Source of the DNA: Candidatus Acidiferrales bacterium
GTDB lineage: Bacteria > Acidobacteriota > Terriglobia > Acidiferrales > UBA7541
Direction: 5' to 3'
DNA: 62,373 nucleotides
NCBI GenBank assembly: GCA_035279805.1
Contig: DATEHB010000125.1
Location: 1 to 62,373, forward strand
Position numbers and translations under genes: made by a program. Below the pieces are notes generated by a model. The model was not told where the DNA came from. It searched no databases and saw nothing but the letters and a program-made list of their open reading frames with translations. Of this stretch, positions 42,213 through 51,032 are shown piece after piece. Each line of letters opens with the position of its first letter. Position 1 is the first letter of the stretch.

Positions 42213-43385
42213 ATGCTGCGATTCTTCACGGCTGGTGAATCTCACGGGCAGGCGCTGATCGCGTGGATCTCCGGGCTGCCGGCTGGAGTGCCGGTTGAGC
42301 TGGAATTTGTGAATCGCGAGATGCACCGGCGGCAGCTCGGATTCGGCCGCGGTGGAAGACAGAAAATCGAGAAGGACCAGGCCGACTTTTTGTCGGGCGT
42401 GCGCCATGGAAAGACGATTGGCGCACCCATTGCTATTCGAATCGAGAACCGCGACTGGAAAAATTGGGAAAATGCGCTGCCCGTGGAGGACGCCGATGGC
42501 GCCGAGGACGCGCAGCGGCGGCTGACTTCGCCGCGGCCGGGACATGCCGACCTGGCCGGCGCGTTGAAGTTCAATTTTCACGACGCGCGATACATACTGG
42601 AGCGGGCATCAGCGCGAGAGACGGCGGCGCGCACTGCCGCGGGGGCGATTGCAAGACTTCTCTTGCGCGAATTCGGTGTCAGCGTGTTGAGCCACACGCT
42701 CGCTGTGGGACCAGTAAAGTTGGAACGAGCGGCACAGTGGAACGAGATCGAATCAATATGCGCCGATCTGGAGTCGCCGCTGCGATGCGTGGACGCGGAG
42801 ACCGAAGCTCGCATGAAGGCGGAGGTCGATAAAGCGTTGCGCGCGGGCGATTCGCTCGGTGGAATTTTCGAAGCTGTAGCGCGAGGTGCGCCACCGGGCC
42901 TGGGGAGCCATGCGCAATGGGATGAAAAGCTGGACGGGCGCTTGGCGCGCGCGGTCATGTCGATACAGGCGGTGAAAGGCGTTGAGATTGGCACGGGAAT
43001 AGCGAATGCGACTTCGTACGGCTCGGAAGTTCAGGATGAGATTCGCTATGATGGAGAGAAGAAGCGGTTCCAGAGAAGTTCAAATCGCGCGGGAGGAATT
43101 GAAGGCGGAATCACGAATGGTGAAGATGTCGTTGTGCGCGGCTATCTGAAGCCGATTTCGACGCTGCGGCGTGCGCTCGGGTCCGCCGATTTGACAAGCA
43201 AGGAAAGCATCAAGGCCGCGTATGAGCGCTCAGATATTTGCGTGGTCCCAGCGGCAGGTGTGGTAGCCGAAGCAATGGTTGGATATGTGCTGGCCGAAGC
43301 GTTCCTGGAAAAATTCGGCGGAGACTCGCTCGAGGAAACCCGGCGGAATTTTGAAGGCTATCAGAAGCAGTTAAATGAATTTTAG
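42213..43385 (+). CDS. aroC: Chorismate synthase
   Basis: MLRFFTAGESHGQALIAWISGLPAG..., RPGHADL, and GRLARAVMSIQAVKGVEIG are AroC signatures. Confidence 0.95.
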   Translation: MLRFFTAGESHGQALIAWISGLPAGVPVELEFVNREMHRRQLGFGRGGRQKIEKDQADFLSGVRHGKTIGAPIAIRIENRDWKNWENALPVEDADGAEDAQRRLTSPRPGHADLAGALKFNFHDARYILERASARETAARTAAGAIARLLLREFGVSVLSHTLAVGPVKLERAAQWNEIESICADLESPLRCVDAETEARMKAEVDKALRAGDSLGGIFEAVARGAPPGLGSHAQWDEKLDGRLARAVMSIQAVKGVEIGTGIANATSYGSEVQDEIRYDGEKKRFQRSSNRAGGIEGGITNGEDVVVRGYLKPISTLRRALGSADLTSKESIKAAYERSDICVVPAAGVVAEAMVGYVLAEAFLEKFGGDSLEETRRNFEGYQKQLNEF

Positions 43386-43421
43386 CGCAGGAGATAGGGC
43401 CGCAAACGGGGCATAAAAACG

Positions 43422-43931
43422 ATGATCCATCCGATAACAAAATATCCCGCCGCAGTGCTCGAACAGCCTACGAAGGTTATTGAAAACTTTGACGCCGAGT
43501 TAGCGAGGCTTACGGACGACATGTTCGAATCCATGTACGCCGCGCAGGGCGTGGGATTGGCCGCGCCGCAGATCGGGCTGGGCTTGCGGATTGCGGTGAT
43601 CGACGTCACCGTGGGGAAAAATCCGGAGGCAAAGCTGGTCCTGGCAAATCCCGAGATTATCCGGACCGAAGGAGAACAGCGCGAGGAAGAGGGATGCCTG
43701 TCGGTCCCCGGATTTCGCGGAAACGTCCTACGGCCCAAATATGTGACCGTGCGCGCGCAGGACGTTGAAGGAAAAGAGTACGAAATGAAAGCGGAAGGGC
43801 TGCTGGCGCGGGCCTTCTGCCACGAGATTGATCATCTGCACGGGATTCTGTTTTTGACGCACTTGAGCATGTTAAAGCGCGACCTGATCAGACGAAAGAT
43901 CCGCAAGCTCACCAAAACCGGGGAGTGGTAG
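43422..43931 (+). CDS. def: Peptide deformylase
   Basis: GVGLAAPQIG, EGCLSVPG, HEIDHLHG. Confidence 0.95.
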   Translation: MIHPITKYPAAVLEQPTKVIENFDAELARLTDDMFESMYAAQGVGLAAPQIGLGLRIAVIDVTVGKNPEAKLVLANPEIIRTEGEQREEEGCLSVPGFRGNVLRPKYVTVRAQDVEGKEYEMKAEGLLARAFCHEIDHLHGILFLTHLSMLKRDLIRRKIRKLTKTGEW

Positions 43932-43938
43932 GAGAACC

Positions 43939-44886
43939 GTGCCGCTTCGAATTGTCTTCTGCGGCACCCCGGCGTTCGGTTTACCTTCCTTGAAAAAACT
44001 GCTGGCTGACCCGGGATGCTCCGTGGAGGCGGTGATCACGCAGCCTGACCGTCCGCGCGGAAGAGACCGAAATCCCGCGAGGTCACCCATCAAAGACGCC
44101 GCACTCGATGGCGGACTGCAGATTTATCAACCGGAGAGAATCAAATCAGAGGATGCAATGCAGTTCTTGAAAGGAATCGCGCCCGACGCCGTCATCATCA
44201 TCGCGTACGGACAAATTATTCCTCGTGATTTGCTTGAAATTCCAAGGCTCGGCTGGATTAATTTACACGGCTCTTTGCTGCCGCAATATCGCGGCGCAGC
44301 GCCCATTCAGCGCGCGATTCTCAATGGAAACACGCGCACGGGTCTAACCACCATGCGCATTGACGCAGGACTCGATACGGGACCGATTCTCGAGCAACTC
44401 GAAGTGGAGATTAGAACAGACGAGACTGCACCGGAGTTGATGGCGCGCATGGGCGACTCGGGAGCGCCATTGCTGCTCAACACACTGCGAAAATTCGAAA
44501 CTGGAGAAATCAAGCCGCGGGATCAGGACAATGCGCGGGCAACGTTTGCGCCACCGCTGAAAAAGGAAGAGGGACTGATCGATTGGAACCGGCGTGCAGG
44601 GGAGATTTATAATCACATACGGGCATTCCAGCCGTGGCCGGGGACGTTCTCGCATTTTCGTGGCAGATTGTGCCAACTGTGGGGACGCGCGATGGAAAAT
44701 CCATCCGATTACCCCGCGCATGATCCGGGGTTGATCGTCGAACGCTCCGGGGAGATGCTCGTGGCCTGCGGCGAAGGAACATGGCTGCGCGTCGAGTATG
44801 TCCAGGCCGAAGGACGCAAGCGCATGAGCGCGCGCGAATTCGCAAATGGCGCGCGAATATCGTCTGGCGAGAAATTCACTTCTTAG
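43939..44886 (+). CDS. fmt: Methionyl-tRNA formyltransferase
   Basis: GTG start. VFCGTPAFGLPSL..., NLHGSLLPQYRGAAPIQRAI, and a C-terminal Fmt domain, directly after def. Confidence 0.95.
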   Translation: MPLRIVFCGTPAFGLPSLKKLLADPGCSVEAVITQPDRPRGRDRNPARSPIKDAALDGGLQIYQPERIKSEDAMQFLKGIAPDAVIIIAYGQIIPRDLLEIPRLGWINLHGSLLPQYRGAAPIQRAILNGNTRTGLTTMRIDAGLDTGPILEQLEVEIRTDETAPELMARMGDSGAPLLLNTLRKFETGEIKPRDQDNARATFAPPLKKEEGLIDWNRRAGEIYNHIRAFQPWPGTFSHFRGRLCQLWGRAMENPSDYPAHDPGLIVERSGEMLVACGEGTWLRVEYVQAEGRKRMSAREFANGARISSGEKFTS

Positions 44887-44903
44887 CAGATTCGAGTCAT
44901 CAG

Positions 44904-46274
44904 ATGCCCATCAGCCCCGCCAGAACAATCGCCTTCGATGTCCTGCTGCGCGTGGAGACCGAGGCAGCGTACGCGTCCGAACTGCTCCACGCTCGGCTCA
45001 ACGCAAGAGTGAGCGCCCGCGATGCAGCGCTGGCGATCGAGATCGTCATGGGGACTTTGCGATGGCAACGGTGGCTCGATTTTTTGGCGGAAAATTATGT
45101 CGGAAAAAAATCAACGGCTCTTGACGTCGAAGTGCTGGTGGCGCTCAGGATCGGAATCTACCAGTTGAGACATCTGGCCCGCATTCCGGCGAGCGCGGCG
45201 GTGGACGAGTCGGTCGACCTGGTGAAACGCGCGCGCAAACAATCAGCTGCGTCGCTGGTGAACGCAGTCCTGAGACGCGCAGCGAGCGAAAGCTCGAAGT
45301 CCCCGGATGAATTTCTTTGGCCGGAACTGAAGACGGAAGATGCCTTGGGGCTCCGTTATTCCCATCCTACCTGGCTAGTGGAGCACTGGCTGGCACGATT
45401 TGGGCGCGAACAGACCGTAGCGCTGCTCGAAGCGAACAACGAGGCGCCCCGGAGGGCTTGTGCTTTGAGCGCACCTGAATCACCTGAATTTCGGGTCGAG
45501 GTGATGCACTCGCTTACCGCGGCGGGCGTGGAGTTTGAGTCCGGGCGGCTGGTGCGCAATGCCATCACGATACGAGGCGGCGACGTGACGAAGACGAAAG
45601 CGTTCCAGAATGGCTGGATTAGTTTTCAAGACGAAGCGTCGCAGATAATTCCGTTGCTGATGGAGGTGAAGGTCGGCCAATCGGTGCTCGATCTGTGTGC
45701 GGCGCCGGGAGGCAAAACGATGGCGCTGGCACGCAAGGCAGGGTCGACCGCCCTCGTAGTCGCAGCAGACCGCCGTGAAGGGCGGCTTCGCGCCATGCGC
45801 GAGCGGCTGGGGCATGCGGGCGTGTCGAATGTGAGGCTCGTGGCACTCGATGGAACTGCTTCGCTTCCCTTTAGCGCGGAGTTCGACTGGATTCTGGTGG
45901 ACGCACCGTGTTCAGGCACAGGGACACTCTCGCGGAATCCGGAGATCCGCTGGAAACTGAAGCAAAGCGATCTCGCCGAGCTGCACTCGCGCCAGGTGAT
46001 GCTATTCAATTCCGCGTTAGAGTGCCTTGCACCGGAAGGACGGCTGGTGTATTCGACATGCTCGCTCGAGCATGAAGAGAACGAAGATGTGGTGAGTGAA
46101 GTGTTAGGCGCGCATCCGGAATTCCGCGCGATCGCAGCGGAATTTCCTCCTGACGCATTGGCCAAAGGCGTGCGCGCTGAGACACTATTTGATAACAGCA
46201 GTACTTTTTTTCGAACGTTTCCGCCGCTGCAACACGCGGACGGCTTTTTTGCGACTGTATTAGCCCGACGGTAA
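44904..46274 (+). CDS. rsmB: 16S rRNA (cytosine967-C5)-methyltransferase
   Basis: ATG at 44904 (MPISPARTIAFDVLLRV...) is preferred, because track start 44781 overlaps fmt. NusB-like N-terminal domain, SAM motifs DLCAAPGGKT and DAPCSGTGTL, and catalytic YSTCSL. Confidence 0.9.
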   Translation: MPISPARTIAFDVLLRVETEAAYASELLHARLNARVSARDAALAIEIVMGTLRWQRWLDFLAENYVGKKSTALDVEVLVALRIGIYQLRHLARIPASAAVDESVDLVKRARKQSAASLVNAVLRRAASESSKSPDEFLWPELKTEDALGLRYSHPTWLVEHWLARFGREQTVALLEANNEAPRRACALSAPESPEFRVEVMHSLTAAGVEFESGRLVRNAITIRGGDVTKTKAFQNGWISFQDEASQIIPLLMEVKVGQSVLDLCAAPGGKTMALARKAGSTALVVAADRREGRLRAMRERLGHAGVSNVRLVALDGTASLPFSAEFDWILVDAPCSGTGTLSRNPEIRWKLKQSDLAELHSRQVMLFNSALECLAPEGRLVYSTCSLEHEENEDVVSEVLGAHPEFRAIAAEFPPDALAKGVRAETLFDNSSTFFRTFPPLQHADGFFATVLARR

Positions 46275-46344
46275 CGAACTTTCCTAATGAGCGTTGAAGC
46301 AATTCCACCCCGATGTTAGTGTCAATTCTGTCGAGGAGAATCGC

Positions 46345-47070
46345 GTGGGATTCAGAGAACGAAGCGAATGGGTGGGGCGGATGGCGCTGCTGATTTTCGT
46401 GCTGGCTTCGGTGGCGTTCCTGAGCGCAATTCTAACCATGCGTTTCGCAATTCAGGGACGCGAGATCGCTACGCCGGATTTGACTCGCATGGCGCTTTCG
46501 CGGGCACAGGCGCAAGTCGAACAGCGCGGTCTCCACTTGCGAGTGGAGGATCGTATTTACAGCAGTCTGCCGCCGGACGCGGTCGCGCGGCAAAGCCCTC
46601 CTGCCGGCACGCGGTTGAAAGTGGGCGAGTGGATTCATGTGGTGGTAAGTCTGGGGCAGCAGAAAGTGACGATCCCGCAACTGAATGAGCGCAGTTTTCG
46701 CGCGGCGCAGATCGAACTATTGAGCGAAGGCTTGCAGACCGGCGAAGTGTCGAGCGCTTATCTGCCGGAATCCCCTGCGGACATCGTGCTGGAACAGGAT
46801 CCTCCGGCGGGATCCACAAATGCAAGCAGCCCGCACGTTGATATTCTTGTTTCGCTGGGGGCGCAACCGCCAGCTTACGTTATGCCGGGCTTCGAGGGTA
46901 TGTCGCTTGCGGATGCGGAGCAACGATTGTCTACGGCAGGGTTAAAAGTGGACAAAGTGACGCCCATGCCTCTGACGGGGAAACCGCCGGGAACTGTGAC
47001 GTCGCAACTACCACTGCGCGGGGCGCGCGTTGAGCCTGGGGCGAGCGTTGAACTGCAGGTAGCGCAATAG
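46345..47070 (+). CDS. Membrane-anchored protein with three PASTA domains and no kinase or transpeptidase domain
   Basis: GTG at 46345 has GAGGAG 6 nt upstream (track start TTG 46294 lacks an SD). One TM helix (MALLIFVLASVAFLSAIL) precedes three ~65-aa PASTA-like units (TPDLTRMALSRAQAQVEQRGL...VVVSLG; IPQLNERSFRAAQIELLSEGL...ILVSLG; MPGFEGMSLADAEQRLSTAGL...VELQV). Confidence 0.75.
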   Translation: MGFRERSEWVGRMALLIFVLASVAFLSAILTMRFAIQGREIATPDLTRMALSRAQAQVEQRGLHLRVEDRIYSSLPPDAVARQSPPAGTRLKVGEWIHVVVSLGQQKVTIPQLNERSFRAAQIELLSEGLQTGEVSSAYLPESPADIVLEQDPPAGSTNASSPHVDILVSLGAQPPAYVMPGFEGMSLADAEQRLSTAGLKVDKVTPMPLTGKPPGTVTSQLPLRGARVEPGASVELQVAQ

Positions 47071-47107
47071 GCGCCAGCGCGGCTGTGTTACAATTCAAAT
47101 TGAATTC

Positions 47108-47794
47108 ATGATTCGACGTCCGCTCGAAATCGCACCGTCCATTTTAGCGGCGAACTTCGCCGTTTTGGGCGATGAAGTGCGCGCGGTGGAAGCGGCCGGC
47201 GCCGGCGTGATTCATGTGGACGTAATGGATGGCCACTTTGTGCCCAATATCTCCATCGGCGTCCCTATTGTGGCGTCATTGAGCAAGGCAACCCGCCTGC
47301 CGCTCGATGTGCATCTGATGATTGAGCGGCCGGGGGACTTCGTCGAGGCATTCGCAAAGGCGGGGGCGCACCGGATTCTGGTGCATCAAGAAGCGACGGT
47401 GCATCTCGACCGAGTGATCGCTTTGATTCACGAGCAGAATTGCGAAGCGGGCGTGGCGATTAATCCCGCCACTCCGGTAGCGTTGCTGAAGGAAGTGCTG
47501 GACCGGGTGGAAACAGTGCTGGTCATGACTGTGAATCCGGGATTCGGGGGCCAAAAGTTCATTCCTCAAACGGTCGACAAGATTCGAGAGCTGCGCGATA
47601 TACGCTCACGCTATGATTACGGCTTTCGAATTGGAGTGGATGGGGGAGTCACGCTGGAAAACACAGCGGAACTTGTAACCGCCGGCGCGGATACGCTGGT
47701 GACAGGCACTTCAATTTTCCATACAACGGATCCGGGCGCTGCCGTTCGGCATATGCGGCAGTGCGCGAATGACGCGATCTCGCAAAGGGTGTGA
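47108..47794 (+). CDS. rpe: Ribulose-phosphate 3-epimerase
   Basis: IAPSILAANF, HVDVMDGHFVPN, MTVNPGFGGQKF, VDGG. Confidence 0.95.
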   Translation: MIRRPLEIAPSILAANFAVLGDEVRAVEAAGAGVIHVDVMDGHFVPNISIGVPIVASLSKATRLPLDVHLMIERPGDFVEAFAKAGAHRILVHQEATVHLDRVIALIHEQNCEAGVAINPATPVALLKEVLDRVETVLVMTVNPGFGGQKFIPQTVDKIRELRDIRSRYDYGFRIGVDGGVTLENTAELVTAGADTLVTGTSIFHTTDPGAAVRHMRQCANDAISQRV

Positions 47795-49212
47795 TGAAAA
47801 GCTTATCGAAACGACCTTCCTTCTGGCTGGCAGCTACTCTCCTCGTATCTTTCATTCCGGCAGGGTGCCTCTTCTCCGGCCATAAGAAAACTGCGGCGAA
47901 AATTCCCAACACAAACGCTGAACCGGACAAAATTCTCTACGACCGCGCGCTCAACGATTACAGCCATGGGCGCTACACAGAGTCACGCTTGAGCCTTCAG
48001 ACGCTTATCAACAGCTACCCCGACAGTGAATATCTCGCCAAGGCAAAACTGGCCGTTGCGGATTCGTACTACAAGGAAGGTGGCACCGAGGGATTGACGC
48101 AAGCGGTGGCTGAATACAAAGACTTCGAGACGTTTTTTCCCTTCCTCGAAGAGGCAGCCTACGCGCAGATGCAAATCGGCATGGCGCATTACCGCATGAT
48201 GGAGAAGCCGGACCGCGATCCAACACAGGCGCGGCTGGCAGAACAGGAATTCCAGACATTTCTGCTGAAATATCCGAAGAGTCCGCTGGCGCCAAACGCG
48301 GAGCAGCGCCTTCGAGAGGTGCAGGAAGTGATTGGCGGAGGAGATTTCGAGGTTGCGCACTTTTATTATATCAAGGGCGATTACCGCGCAGCCGCAGCTC
48401 GTTTGATTGAAGTGGCGAGTCGCTATCCGCTGTATAGCGAAGCGGACCGGGCTCATTGGATGCTGGGAGATATTTACCGTCGCGCGGCAAGCGGCTCGAA
48501 GAATGAGCAAGAGCGCGCGCGATGGCGGGCGCAGGCGGACATCGAGTACGCCATGCTCGTTAGGGAGTACCCGCTGTCTTCGCTGGCGACGGAAGCAAGG
48601 CAGCGTTTGTCGGAAGATAACGCGAAAATTCCCGCGCCGGATCCTGATGCATTGGCGCGGGCGAAATTCGAGGAGAAATTCGCGCGCGAACACAGAAGTC
48701 TGATGCATCGCGCCATGAGCGTAACGAAAAGTGCCCCGGATGTATCCATGTCGGCGCACATCGGCACTCCCGACTTGAACCCGCCGGAGAATTCGGGAGC
48801 ATCGCAAGATGTGACTTCCGCTTCCGGCTTGGGCAGTAACGCGAGTGGCACAGGGTCTTCGCAGCAGAACATGAATATCCAGACTGTTTCCCCTGAATCA
48901 TCGACTCCTCCGCCTGCGAGCGTGCCGCCTCCGACGGACCCTCCCAGCACATCATCGTCCGGTACTAGCTCCGTCACGTCGACGCCTCCAGCTACGGAAG
49001 GCGCACCGCCTTCAACGAGCACTGCGCCGCCAGCTACGGTTGACAGCGGAACTTCTACCACCGGTGACTCCACTGCGAAAACGGCTACGACAGCGACCGA
49101 TCAGCCGTCTGCGGCGGGCGCCCAGAAACCAGCGGGGAAAACAAAGGCCGACAAGAGCAAAGAGTCGACTAGCAAGAGAAAACGGGGTCTCAAGAAGCTC
49201 ATACCCTGGTAG
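47794..49212 (+). CDS. bamD: Outer membrane protein assembly factor BamD (lipoprotein, TPR-like) with ~175-aa Ser/Thr/Pro-rich C-terminal tail
   Basis: Start is ATG 47794 (or GTG 47791), overlapping the rpe stop. Lipobox FIPAGC. YfiO/BamD pattern LYDRALNDYSHGRY..., SEYLAKAKLAVADSYY, AYAQMQIGMAHY, VAHFYYIKGDYRAAAAR. Confidence 0.8.
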   Translation: MKSLSKRPSFWLAATLLVSFIPAGCLFSGHKKTAAKIPNTNAEPDKILYDRALNDYSHGRYTESRLSLQTLINSYPDSEYLAKAKLAVADSYYKEGGTEGLTQAVAEYKDFETFFPFLEEAAYAQMQIGMAHYRMMEKPDRDPTQARLAEQEFQTFLLKYPKSPLAPNAEQRLREVQEVIGGGDFEVAHFYYIKGDYRAAAARLIEVASRYPLYSEADRAHWMLGDIYRRAASGSKNEQERARWRAQADIEYAMLVREYPLSSLATEARQRLSEDNAKIPAPDPDALARAKFEEKFAREHRSLMHRAMSVTKSAPDVSMSAHIGTPDLNPPENSGASQDVTSASGLGSNASGTGSSQQNMNIQTVSPESSTPPPASVPPPTDPPSTSSSGTSSVTSTPPATEGAPPSTSTAPPATVDSGTSTTGDSTAKTATTATDQPSAAGAQKPAGKTKADKSKESTSKRKRGLKKLIPW

Positions 49213-49351
49213 AACGCGCGCCATAGCCTGCTAACAGGTGCGGCACGCGCCTCGCTCGAATCCGTTGACTGCCTCTCACTCGGATGTTCCAATAGACATA
49301 GGAAAGCCGCATTTTGCCCATAGGGCGAATAGCGTCTGTGAGGAGCTGAGT

Positions 49352-50911
49352 TTGCCCACAATCCTGGTGGCGGACGACAACAGTAACATTCAGAAGATGG
49401 TATCGCTCGTCTTCGAAGAGAAAGGCAACCGTGTGGTTGCGGTAGGCAACGGAGAAGCCGCCTGCCGGAAAGTAGCTGAAGTGCACCCCGACATCGTGCT
49501 GGCCGACGTGTTCATGCCAGTTCGAAATGGGTATGAAGTCTGTGAATTCGTCAAACAAGACTCGCAATTCGCAGCGATTCCCGTGATTTTACTCGTAGGA
49601 GCCTTTGACCCGCTGGACGAAAAAGAAGCGCAGCGCGTAGGCGCGGACGGCGTGCTGAAGAAACCGTTCGTGCCGCCTGACCCACTGATCGCGATGGTAA
49701 CTTCTCTGCTGCCGAAGACAGCGCCGCCTGAACCCGAGCCGGTGAAGGAAGAGGTACCCGTGGCGACGATACAGCAGCCACCGCCGCCGATCCTTCCTGC
49801 GCGAGCGCCGTATGTGCCCAGTGAGCCCGAAGAGACCACGCCTGAAGAGTTCACGTTTGGCATGGCTCCCAGAGATTCCGACGCGGACGATCCAGCACCC
49901 GTGTTCGGCAAATCTGTCACGACCCCGGCGGCAAAGCACGTTGACGAGGATGATTACGAAGAGCCGGCAAGCGAATGGAAGCGGCGGCGCAGCACGATGG
50001 AATACGACATTCCGGCAGCCGAGTCCGCCAGCATGGTCGAGAAACTCGCCGGAGGAAAGGTTACGCCGGACGACGAAACGCTCGAAACAAGCGTTCGCGC
50101 AAGAGCACACGTGCCATTTGGCGGAGCGAATGTCCCGGAAAAAATCGAATCGAGCCCGGCTTCCTCTCCAACTGAATGGATGGACTTGATGGGCGCGGCA
50201 GAGACCGAAACAGCTGAGCCTGTCGTGGAAGAATCCCTCGAAGCCTCAGCTCCGGTCGCATCAGGTCAAGACGAGAAAGAGTCGTCCCCGGCTCAAGTCT
50301 TGAGCGAACCTCCGATCGGATCGTCGAAGAAGTACGCAATCACAAGGGTGGACGATTCGCCGAATGACGCCCCGCACGAAGTGCCACAGCAGCACAACGC
50401 ACCGGAGCCTAAACGCGCGAGTACGCAGCAAACTGAATGGTCCGCCCCGTCCGCGGAAGTAATTCCTTTCCGGCTGTCCCCCGAAATATCGACCGAGAAA
50501 AGCGATGCGGGAGTTGCCGCGCACGAAGCTCAAGAGCCGGCGTCTTACTCCGGCGAAGGTCAAGTCGAAGCGCAAGTAACGCCAGAGACAGCTGCGCCCC
50601 AAAGGCTCTACGATATCCCGTATGAAGCGCGCACGGAAACTCCTGTTGTGGAAACCTCTGCGAACGAAGAAGCTCAAGAAGAGCAGCCGTCGGAGGTGGA
50701 GGCGCCACGCACTGAATCCGACGAGAGTGCTCTTTCCGAAGCGATATCGACAGCAGCAGCGAAGTCCGCAAAAACAGACTCTGCGAGCGTGGATAGCGTG
50801 GTTGCCAAGCTGCTCGAAAAGCTTGAACCTCAAATACATGAAGCCCTCTCAAATGGCGTGCTCCGTCCACTGGTAGAAGAAATCCTGAATCGTGAACGCG
50901 GCAAGAAATAA
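49352..50911 (+). CDS. Response-regulator receiver (REC) domain protein with ~390-aa acidic low-complexity C-terminal region
   Basis: TTG at 49352 has GAGGAG 6 nt upstream (track start GTG 49238 is possible). REC blocks are ILVADDNSNIQ, DIVLADVFMP (phospho-acceptor Asp) and LKKPF. The rest is E/P/S/A/T-rich and ends in a helix-like SVVAKLLEKLEPQIHEALSNGVLRPLVEEILNRE. Confidence 0.8.
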   Translation: MPTILVADDNSNIQKMVSLVFEEKGNRVVAVGNGEAACRKVAEVHPDIVLADVFMPVRNGYEVCEFVKQDSQFAAIPVILLVGAFDPLDEKEAQRVGADGVLKKPFVPPDPLIAMVTSLLPKTAPPEPEPVKEEVPVATIQQPPPPILPARAPYVPSEPEETTPEEFTFGMAPRDSDADDPAPVFGKSVTTPAAKHVDEDDYEEPASEWKRRRSTMEYDIPAAESASMVEKLAGGKVTPDDETLETSVRARAHVPFGGANVPEKIESSPASSPTEWMDLMGAAETETAEPVVEESLEASAPVASGQDEKESSPAQVLSEPPIGSSKKYAITRVDDSPNDAPHEVPQQHNAPEPKRASTQQTEWSAPSAEVIPFRLSPEISTEKSDAGVAAHEAQEPASYSGEGQVEAQVTPETAAPQRLYDIPYEARTETPVVETSANEEAQEEQPSEVEAPRTESDESALSEAISTAAAKSAKTDSASVDSVVAKLLEKLEPQIHEALSNGVLRPLVEEILNRERGKK

Positions 50912-50947
50912 CTCGCAAGCTCCCTGATTGACTCGATTATTCACGAT

Positions 50948-50977
50948 TTGACGGACTGCACGATTGCCTCGTATAGT
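50948..50977 (+). promoter_or_regulatory. Candidate sigma70-type promoter of valS (-35 TTGACG, 18-nt spacer, -10 TATAGT)
   Basis: Reads gatTTGACGgactgcacgattgcctcgTATAGTtat, ending 55 nt upstream of the valS ATG. Confidence 0.45.
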
Positions 50978-51032
50978 TATTCGTTTCACGCATTTCCGAA
51001 GAGTGTAGGAGACCGTTTAACGGCGGATCATC

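Noticed and set aside
48474-49073. A 199-aa minus-strand ORF under the bamD 3' region.
   Set aside because: It is an antisense reading of the Ser/Thr/Pro-rich tail of BamD, low-complexity and with no independent support.
50912-51032. A T-box or other leader upstream of valS.
   Set aside because: The predicted leader is only ~55 nt with no specifier or antiterminator architecture, which is too short for a T-box.
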